A stretch of DNA of 64,000 bases from contig CAWGXH010000005.1 in the NCBI GenBank assembly GCA_963826525.1, positions 1 to 64,000 of the forward strand, read 5' to 3'. This DNA comes from an uncultured Methanomicrobiaceae archaeon (lineage in GTDB: Archaea; Halobacteriota; Methanomicrobia; Methanomicrobiales; Methanoculleaceae). This document shows, in pieces, positions 33,800 to 45,797 of the stretch. How positions within the stretch are numbered: position 1 is the first letter of the stretch; every line of letters starts with the position of its first letter. The notes beneath the pieces were generated by a model. The model had not been told where the DNA came from, ran no database searches, and worked only from the letters and a program-made list of their open reading frames with translations. Position numbers and translations under genes: made by a program.

Positions 33800-34410
33800 A
33801 CGATCTCCTCCATTTGATCTGCGCGTGCGATCGTCTTCAGCAGCCAGGCCATGTTCTTTCCGACTTCTTTTGCCCTTGCTATACCTTCTTCATCCTTCAG
33901 GACGTCTCCAATATCCCGACCGATACCGATTACCGGGATTCCCGGGACCGTCATCCCGCTGTAAAGCATGAAATGAAGCAGGGTATCGATGGTATGGTTT
34001 GCACCGGATCTCCGCACCGCTACCGCAGCAGTCGCCACCTTGCGCCGATAGAGCCCGTCGTTTGCCCTGGATACAACACCTGCCCGGTCAATCAGGGCTT
34101 TCATCTCGGCTGAGACGTCAAGGAAATAGACCGGGGAGGCGAGGATGATCCCGTCGGCGTCGATCATTTTCTCAATGCAGTCATTCACGATATCGTCGTC
34201 AAAGACACACTGCCGGTCCCTGTTCTCGTAACATTTCCGGCAATCCGTGCATCCCCGGATCATCTGCCCGCCGACCTGGACAAGCTCCGCCTCGATACCT
34301 TCGTTCTCAAGTTCGTCAAAGATATGCCGGATCAGGATGGACGTGTTGCCATCTTTCCGGGGACTTCCGTTAAATGCAACGACTTTTAGTTTTTTCATCT
34401 TTTTCACCAT
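33796..34410 (-). CDS. Iron-sulfur flavoprotein (multimeric flavodoxin family)
   Basis: GSPRKDGNT, CTDCRKC...C, ASPVYF, MKALIDR. Confidence 0.9.
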   Translation of the reverse strand: MVKKMKKLKVVAFNGSPRKDGNTSILIRHIFDELENEGIEAELVQVGGQMIRGCTDCRKCYENRDRQCVFDDDIVNDCIEKMIDADGIILASPVYFLDVSAEMKALIDRAGVVSRANDGLYRRKVATAAVAVRRSGANHTIDTLLHFMLYSGMTVPGIPVIGIGRDIGDVLKDEEGIARAKEVGKNMAWLLKTIARADQMEEIV

Positions 34411-34416
34411 CTTCCT

Positions 34417-35289
34417 TCAATGTAATTCGCGCTTTGGGGATTCTGACAATCGATCTCTGGAGGCAGCTACCCAGTCATCGATGAGCGCACGGGTTATACC
34501 GAATTTCGGCGGAAGATTCGGGAGATGGTCCCGGTCAAACCATGCGGCGCTCTCAATCTCAATGCCATCCGGGGCAATTTCTCCTCCGTCGTAATCGGCA
34601 ACGAACCCGAGCATGAGTGAATCAGGGAACGGCCACGGTTCGCTTGCACGATACCGGATATTTTTGATCGCAATCCCCGCCTCTTCATGGACTTCGCGGC
34701 GTACGGCATCTTCGATCGTTTCGCCGGGTTCGACAAAACCGGCAATGAGGCCGTACCTGCCGGGTGCCGCCCCATTTCCCCGGACCATGAGGACTGAGTT
34801 GTTGTTTCGTACGAGGACGATGACCGCCGGGGAGAGCCGGGGATACATGACCCGGTGGCAGGACGGACAGACTTTGGCCCGCTCGGTTCTTGCAGGTTCT
34901 GTTGCCGTACCGCACCTCCCGCAGAACCGGGTGGTCCGGTCATAATCGATTATCTGAACCGCAAGCCCGGCAATGGCAAGTTCCTCGTCCGGGATGAGAC
35001 CGGCAAGTTCGCGTACACCGGAATATGTCAGCCCTTCGGGCAGAGGCAGGTCGCCAACCTCGACGGCATAACAGGGAACCGATCCCCGGTGACCGAGATA
35101 CTGGGCATTCCTCTTCAGCCCTCCCGGAAGATCCGGGGAGACCTTTTCAAAGATGGTTGGAGTGCTCCCTTTCCTGACGCAAACGCTCCCGTCACGGACA
35201 AACACCAGGCATGCATCTTCCGGGAGCCGGTCCGGTTCCGGGTACTGCTTATGCAAGCAGTCCGCTGCAAACCTTGCTCTATGATCCAT
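34417..35289 (-). CDS. nudC: NAD(+)/NADH diphosphatase (Nudix)
   Basis: FCGRCG, CPSC..YPR, AGFVEPGETIEDAVRREVHEEAG, SEPWPFPDSLM. Confidence 0.92.
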   Translation of the reverse strand: MDHRARFAADCLHKQYPEPDRLPEDACLVFVRDGSVCVRKGSTPTIFEKVSPDLPGGLKRNAQYLGHRGSVPCYAVEVGDLPLPEGLTYSGVRELAGLIPDEELAIAGLAVQIIDYDRTTRFCGRCGTATEPARTERAKVCPSCHRVMYPRLSPAVIVLVRNNNSVLMVRGNGAAPGRYGLIAGFVEPGETIEDAVRREVHEEAGIAIKNIRYRASEPWPFPDSLMLGFVADYDGGEIAPDGIEIESAAWFDRDHLPNLPPKFGITRALIDDWVAASRDRLSESPKRELH

Positions 35290-35314
35290 GACAAATCCCA
35301 CTTCCTGTAATTCC

Positions 35315-35440
35315 GATCCCTGGTACAAGCCTGTACCTGATCTGCTGTGCGTAGTGTCGATATCCTGCACGTCCTTCCTGCAGAGTCCTATCTTCAAGAC
35401 TCGTTCGTATCAAAAGCAGCGGTATCACGCTGCTTTTCCT
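35315..35440 (-). pseudogene. C-terminal remnant of an isoprenylcysteine carboxylmethyltransferase-family gene
   Basis: LLIRTSLEDRTLQEG..GYRHYAQQIRYRLVPGI. Confidence 0.6.
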
Positions 35441-35592
35441 GCCATCAGGCCTGGGCCTTTTCTTTCGATACACGTTCCCACAGGATTCCCATTTTTTGGT
35501 CGAGTGTCCATGCGATTCATCCCTCTCCCATTGGGAGGTATCATCTCCAGGATTCTGCCCGAAGGCAGTTTCACTAGATAGTTGTCACTCTG

Positions 35593-35636
35593 AGTTATCT
35601 TATAACTTTCGGTTATTTTGTAACTACCGGTTATAA
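35593..35636. promoter_or_regulatory. Tandem palindromic operator-like sites
   Basis: TAACTTTCGGTTA (35603-35615), TAACTACCGGTTA (35621-35633) and AGTTAT-CTT-ATAACT (35593-35607). Confidence 0.6.
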
Positions 35637-36200
35637 TTTAAAAACACAGACAAAAAAATCAGATGCCTGACAGAGGTTCTTTCTTTTTTTTGAATGAATC
35701 AGAAATCGAAATCTTACATGATATATCCCTCAATTCCCCGGTATGTGCTTTGCATTCGTTAATGTCCTTTGCAGTCAATCGGCCTTGACCACGACTAAAG
35801 TCAACAGAACGAATTGTATGTGCTATTTAATTATTTCGATCAAACGGTTGTAATCCCTCTAATCTTACTACCTCAAACTTAACCTTTGTGAAAAAATGGG
35901 CACAGATTCACCGATGGACAGGAATATCCGCATCTCTTATGCACAGATCTACAGCAGAATGAGCACACAGCACGGGGTCTGCGAGTGCCTCTCCTGCTGA
36001 CGGTGCCTGTGATCTGCCGGATGCTGTACGTGAACTCTCGATAGAGTCACCCCTGCGGCCGCTGGTGAAACCGGGCGTCCATCTCCCTCGAAATAGTTGC
36101 GGAAGATGCTGCAACCCTGTTACGACCGTGCTGCACGTCGTACATTACCGCAAGGGCAACGGGAGGATATCACGCTCGATGAAGTATCTCAAAACCTGGT

Positions 36201-36404
36201 CTAAATCCGGCCGTATCTCCGATGTGCCTTTTCGACCGGCAGGATGTGGGTGATCCGGACGCTGGTATTCTCCGCATCGACGACATATATTGCCGTGAGC
36301 GACCGACCCACGTGCATTCGATACAAGATTCTGTTTTTGCCGGTGTGGAGTTTTTCTTTGTCGCCGTCCGAACCGGGATACGGATTCTCTTTCAGGAGGT
36401 CCAG
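36201..36404 (-). pseudogene. relE: C-terminal part of a RelE/ParE-like toxin
   Basis: LDLLKENPYPGSDGDKEKL...YRMHVGRSLTAIYVVD...VRITHILPVEKAHRRYGRI; no start or antitoxin upstream. Confidence 0.78.
36360..36396 (+). repeat. 37-bp direct repeat, copy 2
   Basis: GTCGCCGTCCGAACCGGGATACGGATTCTCTTTCAGG. Confidence 0.9.
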
Positions 36405-36465
36405 GCAGATGACCGAATATTTCAAACGGGTGGGAGAAGGAGGGTGCTGGGGCTTCTTTCGCCCT

Positions 36466-38006
36466 TTAAACCTCAGGAAGAAGATCAGCTCTTCGTGTTG
36501 ACCGTGTAGTCCCTTGGGGGAGTTCCGTCCCGCAGTGTTCCGGCGAACTTCTCGGCATTCCCGATGAACCTGTCCAACGCATAGGAGCCCAGCCAGTTTG
36601 ATCAGCGGATTTCCGGAGATGATGGTGTTCTTCAGCACGCGGGCAAGGCGGACGTCGTGCTCCATGCAGGTGCCGATCAGGCGCCAGTGGAGCGGCGTCA
36701 TCTTCTCCACGGTGAACGATTCTTCGCGGGAGAGGCTGGACTCGCCCATGGCCACGAAGTTCATCGGCACGATGAGGACCAGCATTCCTTTCAGGTCGTC
36801 GACGAGATCCAGCGTCTGGAGCACGTCGTCTTCGGTCTCTCCGGGCAGCCCCGTCACCAGCGTGCAGGCGAGGACCCACTTATGGTCGGAGAGGTGACCG
36901 ATGCTCTCCATCACCAGTTCGCGCCATTGCTCGGGTTTTGCCGGGAGCGTCTTTCCGTGCATATGCTGCTGCATGAGCCTGGAGCTCGCCGTCTCAATCC
37001 CCGTCTGGGCTCCGATGAACTGCTGCCCGGGAAGGGTCATAAGGTACTCGGAGAGCTGGTCGACGAGCTCGGGGTGGTGGTATGCCGTGGCCAGGGCGAT
37101 ATGGCTGCATGCCATTTCCGTCACCCCGTCGACGGCGCCGACCCGGGTGAAGAGCTTCATGACCTTCTCGGGTTCCGCCCTGATTGTTTTCGAGCCGTAC
37201 CGGAGTACATCCTCGGAATGCAGCAATACCGCCGTGTTTCCGGCCTGGACGTTCACCTGCACGTCGCCGACGATCTGGTCGATGGGCTTGTGGAGGACTT
37301 TCAGCATGCCGGGCGTGCAGAACGCACACCCCCGCCCGCATCCGCGTGATATCTCGACGAGCCCGTGGATGCTCGGCCTCCGGATAGGAGGGATGCGCTC
37401 GAGGGGAACCTCCTCGCCCTGAATGATGCGGGGAACCTCCTCGCCGTTGATGATCGCCTTGCATGCCCTGGGCATCGAGATCTCGCCCATCCCCAGGTGC
37501 ACGTGGTCGATGCCCAGCCGCTCCATGACTCCCGGGTCGGAGACCTGCCACGCGCCCTTGCCGCCGACGATCGTGGTAACCTTCTTCAGGGCAGGATTCC
37601 GCATCAATTCCAGGAACTTCAGCCGGTTATAGGGAGGACCGGTCCTCGCGATGTCCACGAACGTGGAGGTGGGGGGATTGATGCCGAGGAGGTCGTGACC
37701 GCCTATCGCTACGATCTTCGTCTCCCTGCCGACCATCCGCCGCAGGTCCCGCGGATGGACGACCGCTACCTCGTCTTCGGTAAACCCGTCGGCGAGGAGG
37801 GCTGCTTCCAGCGTCCGTAAACCCAGGTCGGCAAAGGCTGCCCTCCCGCCCTTCCGCGGGACAGGCGGGGCAAATGAGATGAAGAAGAGCCAGTCGGGAA
37901 GAATACCGCGGGGAGCGCAGGTGGAAAAGCCGAGGAACATGCCGCCCCGATAGTTGCTCATCATCGTCTCGTCGGCGGTGAGGATGATCGTCGGTGATCG
38001 AGTCAT
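36466..38006 (-). CDS. Radical SAM protein with B12-binding-like N-terminal region
   Basis: EISRGCGRGCAFC (CxxxCxxC), GIETAS, GLPGETEDD; 3' end frameshifted. Confidence 0.88.
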
Positions 38007-38635
38007 GGTTACACCGGGCGGAGTAGACAGGGAGGTACCATATTACCCTTTGCACCCGGGTGCTGTGCTGCACATTTCCAGTTTCTGCATGGTTCTCATG
38101 CCTCACGCTGCCTCAGTGCATGCCACCACCGCACTCTGTCGAGTGCAAGCACGTTATCTTCACTCTCACTTCGTGCAGCATGCCCTCCCCGGGAGTAGCC
38201 CGCACCGCTTCACCGAACAAGCATTTCTTCCCTCTCGGTCCGGAGCCGGTTCCGGTGGCCGTTCCTGATACCTGCTCAATTGTATTCGTTCTTCGACGCA
38301 TTCGGCACGATAGGGTGATCCGGTTAGACCGGGCGCGGGCACCGATTCGCGTCTTGATGCCGGATAGGATCTCCCGGTTCTCAAGAGTAGAAAAAAGCCG
38401 GGATTATCCACCGGCTGTGAGTACCCGGTGCACGGCACGCTCAGAGCCCGACCTGGGAGAGCATCTCCTCTGCCGGGTGCGGAAGGTCATGCCTCGTGAT
38501 GATTCGTGCGGAAAACAGGAGGCACGCCGTCCCGACTTCTCACAGGAATACATTTCAGAAGATTAATCCTGCTGTCGACCGTTTTTACTTCTTGTGACAG
38601 AAGGGGCCTGTACGACCGGAACGGGTACGAACTCT

Positions 38636-39670
38636 ATGCAGGGTGCAGCCCGACTGATACTGATAGCAGCCGGGATGTTCCTTCTCTTCGCCATAGGAAT
38701 GGAATTTCTGGAGACATCGCTCATACTGTTCTCAATTCTCATACTGTACCTGGTCTACTGCGGGTATATCCTGCCGGCGATCGACCGCAGGAGAGAGAAG
38801 TCCCGGGCTGCAGTTCCGGCTGCGGAGAATACTTCTTCCGGAACTGAAAAAACTGATTCGAGTTCTTTTTCGCGGTTTCCTCCATTTGCAGGGGTGCTCG
38901 CGTTCCTCGCGATAACGGTCGTCTCCTTTCTCCTCCTGCATCTTCTTGTCCTCATGATGCACGAGTTCTCGCATAGTTTTTGCGCGTATCTCCTCGGGGC
39001 GAAACAGGACCCGTGGAATATCATCTATGGAAACTGGATCGGATCGCGCTGGGATGAGAACGTTGATTATTCGGCTCTTTTTGCCGCGGGAAAAGGTTCT
39101 ACCGCGTCGGCCATTGCATTTGCCGGACCCTTCTCAAACATCGTGCTCTTTTTCGTGACCGCCGGGCTCATGTCGCTGAAGAGCGTGAAAAACCGCCGCT
39201 GGACATACCACTGCGTCTTCTGGACGGGTATCATCACGTTCGTTATGGTCTTCGAGTACGTCTTTACCCGCTCCTTCCTGCAGACCGACGACTTCGGGAA
39301 TATCAACCACGGACTCGGACTCTCGCCGTGGCCGATCTTTCTTGCCGGAACGCTGCTCGGAATTATGGGGCTGTACTATATCTTTGCCTACAAAATGCCG
39401 GAGTACTACGCAATCGTGACCCCGCACGAACGCTCGCTGCAGTACGTGGCCGCTTCGGCAGTATCCTTTGCCATCTTCCTCTTCTACATCGGCCTTCGAA
39501 TAACCGCGTACCCGGCCGTTCCCGAGTGGTGGTGCGGCGTTATCGGCATCGTCGCACTATTCATCGTTCCGTTCATCGCAAGCCCCGCCCGACGATGGAT
39601 GCAGAAAAGCGTGAATCGATCTGCCGTGCAGGGATCTCTCCCATCCCATCCCGAACGCTCCGGATCATGA
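38636..39670 (+). CDS. Membrane protein with HExxH motif (M50-like zinc peptidase)
   Basis: Multiple TM helices, MMHEFSH, IAFAGPFSN, downstream DDF. Confidence 0.7.
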   Translation: MQGAARLILIAAGMFLLFAIGMEFLETSLILFSILILYLVYCGYILPAIDRRREKSRAAVPAAENTSSGTEKTDSSSFSRFPPFAGVLAFLAITVVSFLLLHLLVLMMHEFSHSFCAYLLGAKQDPWNIIYGNWIGSRWDENVDYSALFAAGKGSTASAIAFAGPFSNIVLFFVTAGLMSLKSVKNRRWTYHCVFWTGIITFVMVFEYVFTRSFLQTDDFGNINHGLGLSPWPIFLAGTLLGIMGLYYIFAYKMPEYYAIVTPHERSLQYVAASAVSFAIFLFYIGLRITAYPAVPEWWCGVIGIVALFIVPFIASPARRWMQKSVNRSAVQGSLPSHPERSGS

Positions 39671-42600
39671 CGGCCGGTACGCGGCAGTTCTCAGCGTGAA
39701 CCGGAACGCTGCCCCCTGCTCGGGATGGCCGACCGCCCGGTCTTCGACCCAGACCCGCCCCCCATAGCGCCCGACGAGGATCTGCACCAGGTAGAGGCCG
39801 AGCCCTTCGCCGACGCCTCGTTTCTGCTGTTCGTACCGGTGGAAGATCGCATACTTCTCATCGTCCGGAACGCCCGGGCCGGTATCCTCGACCGAGACAC
39901 GGACGAACCCGCCCTCTTCTTCCACCCTGACGGCGATCTCAACACCCGGACCGCCGAACTTCACGGCGTTGCCGATAAGGTTATTGAAAACCACGGAGAG
40001 CAGATCGTCGGTCATGACCTGGTAGTGCGCCCCTGCATAGTGGAAGGCGCTGCCCGGGAAGTCCGCGAGCACCCCCCGAATGACCGCATCGAGATCCATC
40101 GGTTTGAGCTCCGGAGACGCCTGGTGAATCCGGCGGATGGTGGCGACGGTGCGCAGGATCTCGATGCTCTTCTGGACGCTGCGCTGGAGTTTCTTCACGT
40201 ACCCGGCCTCCTCCTTCCCCTGCAGGCTGTCGATAAGCAGGTCGGCGTAGAGATTCGAGACGTTCTCGGTGTTGCCGATGTCGTGGGTGAGGATGTCGAG
40301 GTAGAGGTTCGCCTCCCGGTTCGCGGTCTCCAGTTGCCGGTGCAGGTGAGTGAGTTCTTCAGTGTGGTGCACGAGGGCTGCTTCCGCCTGCTTGCGCTCG
40401 GTGATATCGCGGTTACTGCCGCGCTGGCCCAGGTATTGCCCCGTAGGGTCATAGACCGGCTGGCAGTAATGCCCGATCCAGCGCTCCTCACCACTGCGGG
40501 TGATGATACGAAAATCAATCGCACGAAGATCAATCGCTTGATCGCTGCTGTGCAGCATGACCTGTTTCAGATGGTCGGCAACAAGCGCACGGTCATCGGG
40601 ATGGACAATGCGTTCCAGCAAGGCTGGATCCGCCAGGTACTCTTCCGCCCGGTAGCCGGTGATGCGCTCGCACGAGGGCGAGACGTAGATGTACCGGCCG
40701 TCCGGCCCCAGCCAATACTCCCAGTCGTAGGTGAAATCGGCGAGCATGCGGTACTTCTCCTCGCTCTCGCGGAGCACCTCCTCCATCCGTTTGCGTTCGG
40801 TGATGTCCTGAAAAGCTCCTACAATCCCTGCAATCTGTCCGTCTTCATCATAAAAGACATTTTTACCATAAATAACCGGACGGATCACTCCGTCCTTATC
40901 CCGTACACTGAACTCATAGACCTGTTTTTCGGGATTCTCCATCAGCTCCAGGTCTTTTTTGTGGTACATTTCCGCAAATTCACCGGGCCAGAGTTCCATC
41001 ACGGTCTTTCCCTTATAATACTCGGGGGTGAAACCCATGATGTCGGCAAATGCATCGTTTACTGCGATATAGCGGCCGTCCCTATCTTTATAAAAAAGGG
41101 GGATGGGAACGGCTGAGATGACCGTCTCGATAAATTTCAACGTACTCTCAAGGCGGCGATGAGTTTTTCTTACTCATCCTCCGCCCGCTTGCGTTCGCTA
41201 ATGTCCCGGAAAATGACCATAGTCGAAGGCCGGCCCTGGTAGAGTATGGGGGCCGCAGTGATCTCAACCCAGATAGTCCGGCCGTCGATAGTCAGGAGCT
41301 CCTGTTCGAAGAGTGGGGTACCCGTGCCTTCCTGCTGCATCCGGCGGATCTGCCCGGCGACGAGATCGCGGTAATCGGGGTGGACGAAGAGATCAAGTGG
41401 TTTGCCCACGAGGTCTTCAGGACTCTTCCCGCCTCCAATCCGGACGCCTGCAGGATTCACGTAGACGATGGTGCCGTCCCGGTGTACGATGACGGCATCC
41501 GGCATGAGCTCGACAAGGGACCGGTAGCGCTCCTCGCTCTCCTTCAGCGCCTTTTCCGCCCGGTTGCGCGCACCCCGTTCCCGCAGAGACGTGATGCCGA
41601 ACGCCAGATCGCCGGCCAGCTCCTTGAGCAGATGTACTTCTTCGGCGTGGAAGGCATCCGGCGCCGCGGCATAGATGTTCAGTGCGCCGAAGACCCGGCC
41701 TTCGCCCTGCAGGGGCAGCGCGATGGACGATGCATAACCGCGCCTGACCGCCTCTTCCCGCCAGGGGGCGAAGTCGGGGTCGGTCAGGATATCCCTGGCG
41801 ATGCTGGGCCTGCCCGAACGAATGGCCGTGCCGGTCGGCCCGCGACCGCGCTCGGTATCGGCCCAGGTAATGGTCGACGGTGTCCAGGTATCCTTCCTCA
41901 AAACCCGACTGGGCTACCGGGCGTACCGTCCGGGCGGCGTCCTCTTCGGCAAAACCGATCCATACCAGGGGGTAGCCGCCCACGTCTACGATGATGCGGC
42001 AGATCTCCTGCAGAAGCGCGGGCTCTTCCATGGCCCGCACGACGGCCTGGTTACACGCGCTGAGGATGTTGAGCATACGATTGGCCTGGGCCAGCTCGGC
42101 GGTACGCTCCTCTACCCGCCGTTCCAGCTCGGCGTGGGCTTTTTGCAGCGCCTCTTCCGCCCGCTTGCGCTCGGTGACGTCGATCACGATCCCCTGGTAG
42201 TGGGTGATGGTGCCGTTTGAATCACGGCGAACCCAGGTTCGATCATCAAGCCAGAGTACTTCGCCGGATGCCGTGAGGATGCGGTACTCCTGAACGAACT
42301 CGTCGCGTCCTTCGCGGCTATACCGGGAAACCTCTGCCGCTACCCGTTCCAGATCATCAGGGTGGACGATCCTGGTATAGGGAATGCGACCCGATCTGAA
42401 ATCGGCCGGCGTGTAGCCGAACTGGCTGACGTTGTCGGATACGTATTCGACCGGCCATCCCTCTGCCGCACGCCACAGAAACACAACGGCCGGACTTCGA
42501 TTGATAATCGTTTCCAGCTCCTCCAGTTCCTCAAGGACGCTCTCCCGCTCCTCTTCCGCCCGTTTGCGCCCGGTCACGTCCATTGCCACACCGACAATGC

Positions 42601-43339
42601 CGACGACGGCTTCATCCACAATGACCGGAGCCACCAGATTTTCGTACGCTCTTTTTTCGCCCGCCAGCGTCCGTTCGTATTCCCCGCCGAGGACTTCGCC
42701 CCGCAACACCCTCGTATCCTGCTCAAGCCACAGGGCTGCAACCTCCGGGGGCAGCCCCAGTTCTTCGACCCGCTTGCCCACCACATCGCCGAAGTTCGTA
42801 CGGCTGACCGCATTCTGCATACTATAGCGGAGGCTGCCGTCCATAGCCCAGAACTCGAAAGGCAGGTTGTCGATCAGTACGCGCAGGCGAGCTTCCGCCT
42901 CCTGAAGCTCGCGCATCAGACGCTGCATGCGCAGATGGGCGCTAACACGCACCAGGACGTCTTCACGCTGAAAGGGCCTGGTGATATAGTCCACTGCGCC
43001 TGCCTGAAACGCCGTGGACTTGTCCTCTGTCGCGGTCAGGGCGATCATAACGATCACCGGAATGTCCCGCGTGGTTTCATCTGCTTTTAACCGGCGGCAC
43101 GTTTCAAAACCATCCCTGCCCGGCATCGACACGTCCAGCAGGATGAGGGCAGGGTGAGCGGACCTGGCTATGGTGAGACCCATCTTGTCGTCACTGGCCA
43201 CCAGAACTTTGAAACCCTGTTCTCCCAGATACCGGGCGAGCACTTCCTGGCTTGCAGGGTCATCGTCGATGATCAGGATCTCGTTGGATGGAGATAGTGC
43301 GCTCACGTGCTTTCCTCCGTACAGTGTTTCGATCGGCAC
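39665..43339 (-). CDS. Hybrid sensor histidine kinase REC-PAS-PAS-GAF-PAS-PAS-PAS-HisKA-HATPase, frameshifted
   Basis: LILLDVSMPGRDG, PAS/PAC motifs (HPDD, DITERK), GAF (SIALPL..GALNIY), LTHDI, NLIGNAVK, DTGPG, GLGL. Confidence 0.9.
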
Positions 43340-43842
43340 CGGGACGTGTTTGTCTTGATAACGCCTTTCAGCGGCTGACCGAGCGAAATGGGGAGAGTCC
43401 GCTATATTTCGGAATCACAGCCGTTCAGGTCCGGGGACTGGCGGGTAATGGGGGGACATCTGTCCGTGGAAATATAAGGGTTTGTACCGGTCACCGGATG
43501 CTGATGATACGGGTGATTTCCGGGACATGCGAACCTAACTCGACCTGTCCACATGCCGGTCGGCCATAAACCCTCTTTACGTGGAACAGCAGAGCGGACC
43601 TGCCAAAAGTGCTTGCCTGTCGACGAGATTTTCCGTGAGATACCGGATACGCACGCATTCCGGTTGTGTGGTTGGTTGCGAAAAATGCCGCCCTTCTTGA
43701 AGATCCGGGGATGACGGATCCCGGAGCAGAACGTCCGGTGCGACATTCACGTTCCCCCTTTTTCGTATGCACCGTGCTGATATTGCCGGATGCAGGGAGC
43801 TCCCGGCGGGAATCACCGTCGCTCCTCAATTTCCTGGTGATT

Positions 43843-44443
43843 TTATTCTGCACCTCTCGCCCCGATGCCGTGCCAGATCACCAGAAGACCCGCATCGATG
43901 ATCTCCTCCGTAGTCATCCCCGGGCATCCCGATCCGGCGAGATCAATGATGCCGTCCGCCATCTGCACGATCAGGGGGAAGAGGAGTGCGGGCGAAATTT
44001 CTCTGAGCACGCCCCCGGCCACCGCCTCCGCACAGAGGTCATGCAGCCACAGAAAATCTGCATAGGCTCTCTCCTTCACCTCATCGCAGATATTCGGGGA
44101 ATGGTAGAAGAGGCTCGAGAAACGCCCGCTCTTCCGGGTGATCGATCCCCCATTCGATACACTTCCGAAGTCCGACCGTGATCCGCTCCCCTACTGGAAG
44201 GCCGGCATCGTCCGCCTCCCGGAGCCCGGCCGCCATCTCCTTTTTTATGGACAGGTACAACTCGCTCGTGAGGGTATTTTTATCGGTGAAGTGGTGGAAG
44301 AGCGTCCCGGTGGAGACGCCCGCCTCTCTGCTGATCTGCGCCGTCGGCGTGGCGTGAAATCCCTGTGTCGTGAAGAGATGCAGCGCCGAACGGAGGAGTT
44401 TTTCCCGTGTATCATCGCGTTTGTCCGTTTCCGACATGGTCAC
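43843..44443 (-). CDS. TetR/AcrR family regulator, frameshifted
   Basis: LLRSALHLFTTQGFHATPTAQISREAGVSTGTLFHHF. Confidence 0.85.
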
Positions 44444-45400
44444 TCTTTCTGCCGGCGAGAGAACATCATCTTCACGAGCGGCGTCATCAGTTTCGTCGAA
44501 AGGCCGTCAAGGTCCTGTGCGACCTTCTTCTGTTCCTCGGGGATTGCAATTCTCTGGGGACATACACCGGCATATCTGCCGCAGTTTCGGCAGAGGGAGG
44601 CGTTCGACGGATTTTCGTCAAAGCCGACAACCTGAGCGATGTAAAATCCTCGTGTCAGTATCCGGTTGCCGGCCATGTGCTACTGGTTGTCGAAGTGGAA
44701 GCACTGCGGGATGTTGACCCCCCCGAACGGACAGGGCATGCAGTAGGCACATCCCGTGCGGGAACCCGTATCTGTTTTTTGTACGAGGCGGCCGCCGCAT
44801 CGACCACGGCACGCTCGGCATCGTTCAGGGGACCGGGCAGCGCATCCTCACAGGCCCGATGTTTTCGGCAATATGACCTTCATCATTCATGCCGGAGAGG
44901 ACGACCATAACCTCGGGGTGACCGAAGACCCGAGCGGAGCGCCCATTCCGCCGGGGATCGGGAAATTCCGGAACTGTCGTAGATCGCCTGCACCTCTTTC
45001 GGCAGGTTGCCGGCGGGCATCCCTCCCCGCAGGGGCTCCATGATCATAACGCCGAGATTCTTCGAAGCGGCATAGGCAAGGCCCTCTCGTCCCGCCTGTT
45101 TCTCCTCATCGAGGAAGTTATACTGGATCTGGCAGAAGGGCCAGCCGTAGGCGTCGACGATCTCCCGGAAAGTTTTCCGGTCGCCATGAAAGGAGAACCC
45201 GATGTTCGTGATCTTTCCCGCGTCCCGTGCAGATTCCAGAAATGCAAAAACATCCAAGTTCACGCAGTTTTTTCCAGGACTTCGCGTCAAGCGAGTGGAG
45301 AAGATAGTAGTCGATGCAATCGGTCAGGAGCCTTCTCCTCTGAAGATCGAAGATCCTGTCCATGTCCTCCCGGGTTTTGACATGCCAGGGAGTAATTTTG
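44440..45400 (-). pseudogene. Aldo/keto reductase with C-terminal 4Fe-4S domain, degraded
   Basis: DCIDYYLLH, NIGFSFHG, QIQYNFLDE, IMEPLRGG, CAYCMPCPFGVNIP; 5' end missing, Cys motifs eroded. Confidence 0.8.
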
Positions 45401-45797
45401 AGGGGGTGCAATCCCTTACCGGCGTTGCGATCGGCCGTCTATAGTAGGCTTCTGCGGGGGTCGTTTCTTCGGTGAATTCTGCCGGAATTGCGGGTATCTG
45501 TACGTGTTGCTTAACCGGCATTCCGGCATGCGTATCGCTTTACCGAGGCTCTGTGAAATAATTAACATCTCCGATGGCCATGCGTTTTTAAAAAGAGTCC
45601 CTGGGTACCCAGGGAGACAAAATTATGGTTATTTGAGACCCTATTCTCCCTTTCAATCATTCCAGCCTTCGCGTCATGGAATGCCGGAAAGGCTAAAATA
45701 ATATGATCGGGTATAAGCGGCTCCGACGGCGGCTCACGGTTCCTCTCTTGCGGGTATCTTCAGCAAATTCCCTGGCCGTTGTCAAGGAGGATTGATT

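Noticed and set aside
36201-38006. 601-aa radical SAM-RelE fusion in the ORF track
   Set aside because: Produced by frameshifts near the radical SAM 3' end; its natural stop is probably at 36466 and the linker is intergenic-like
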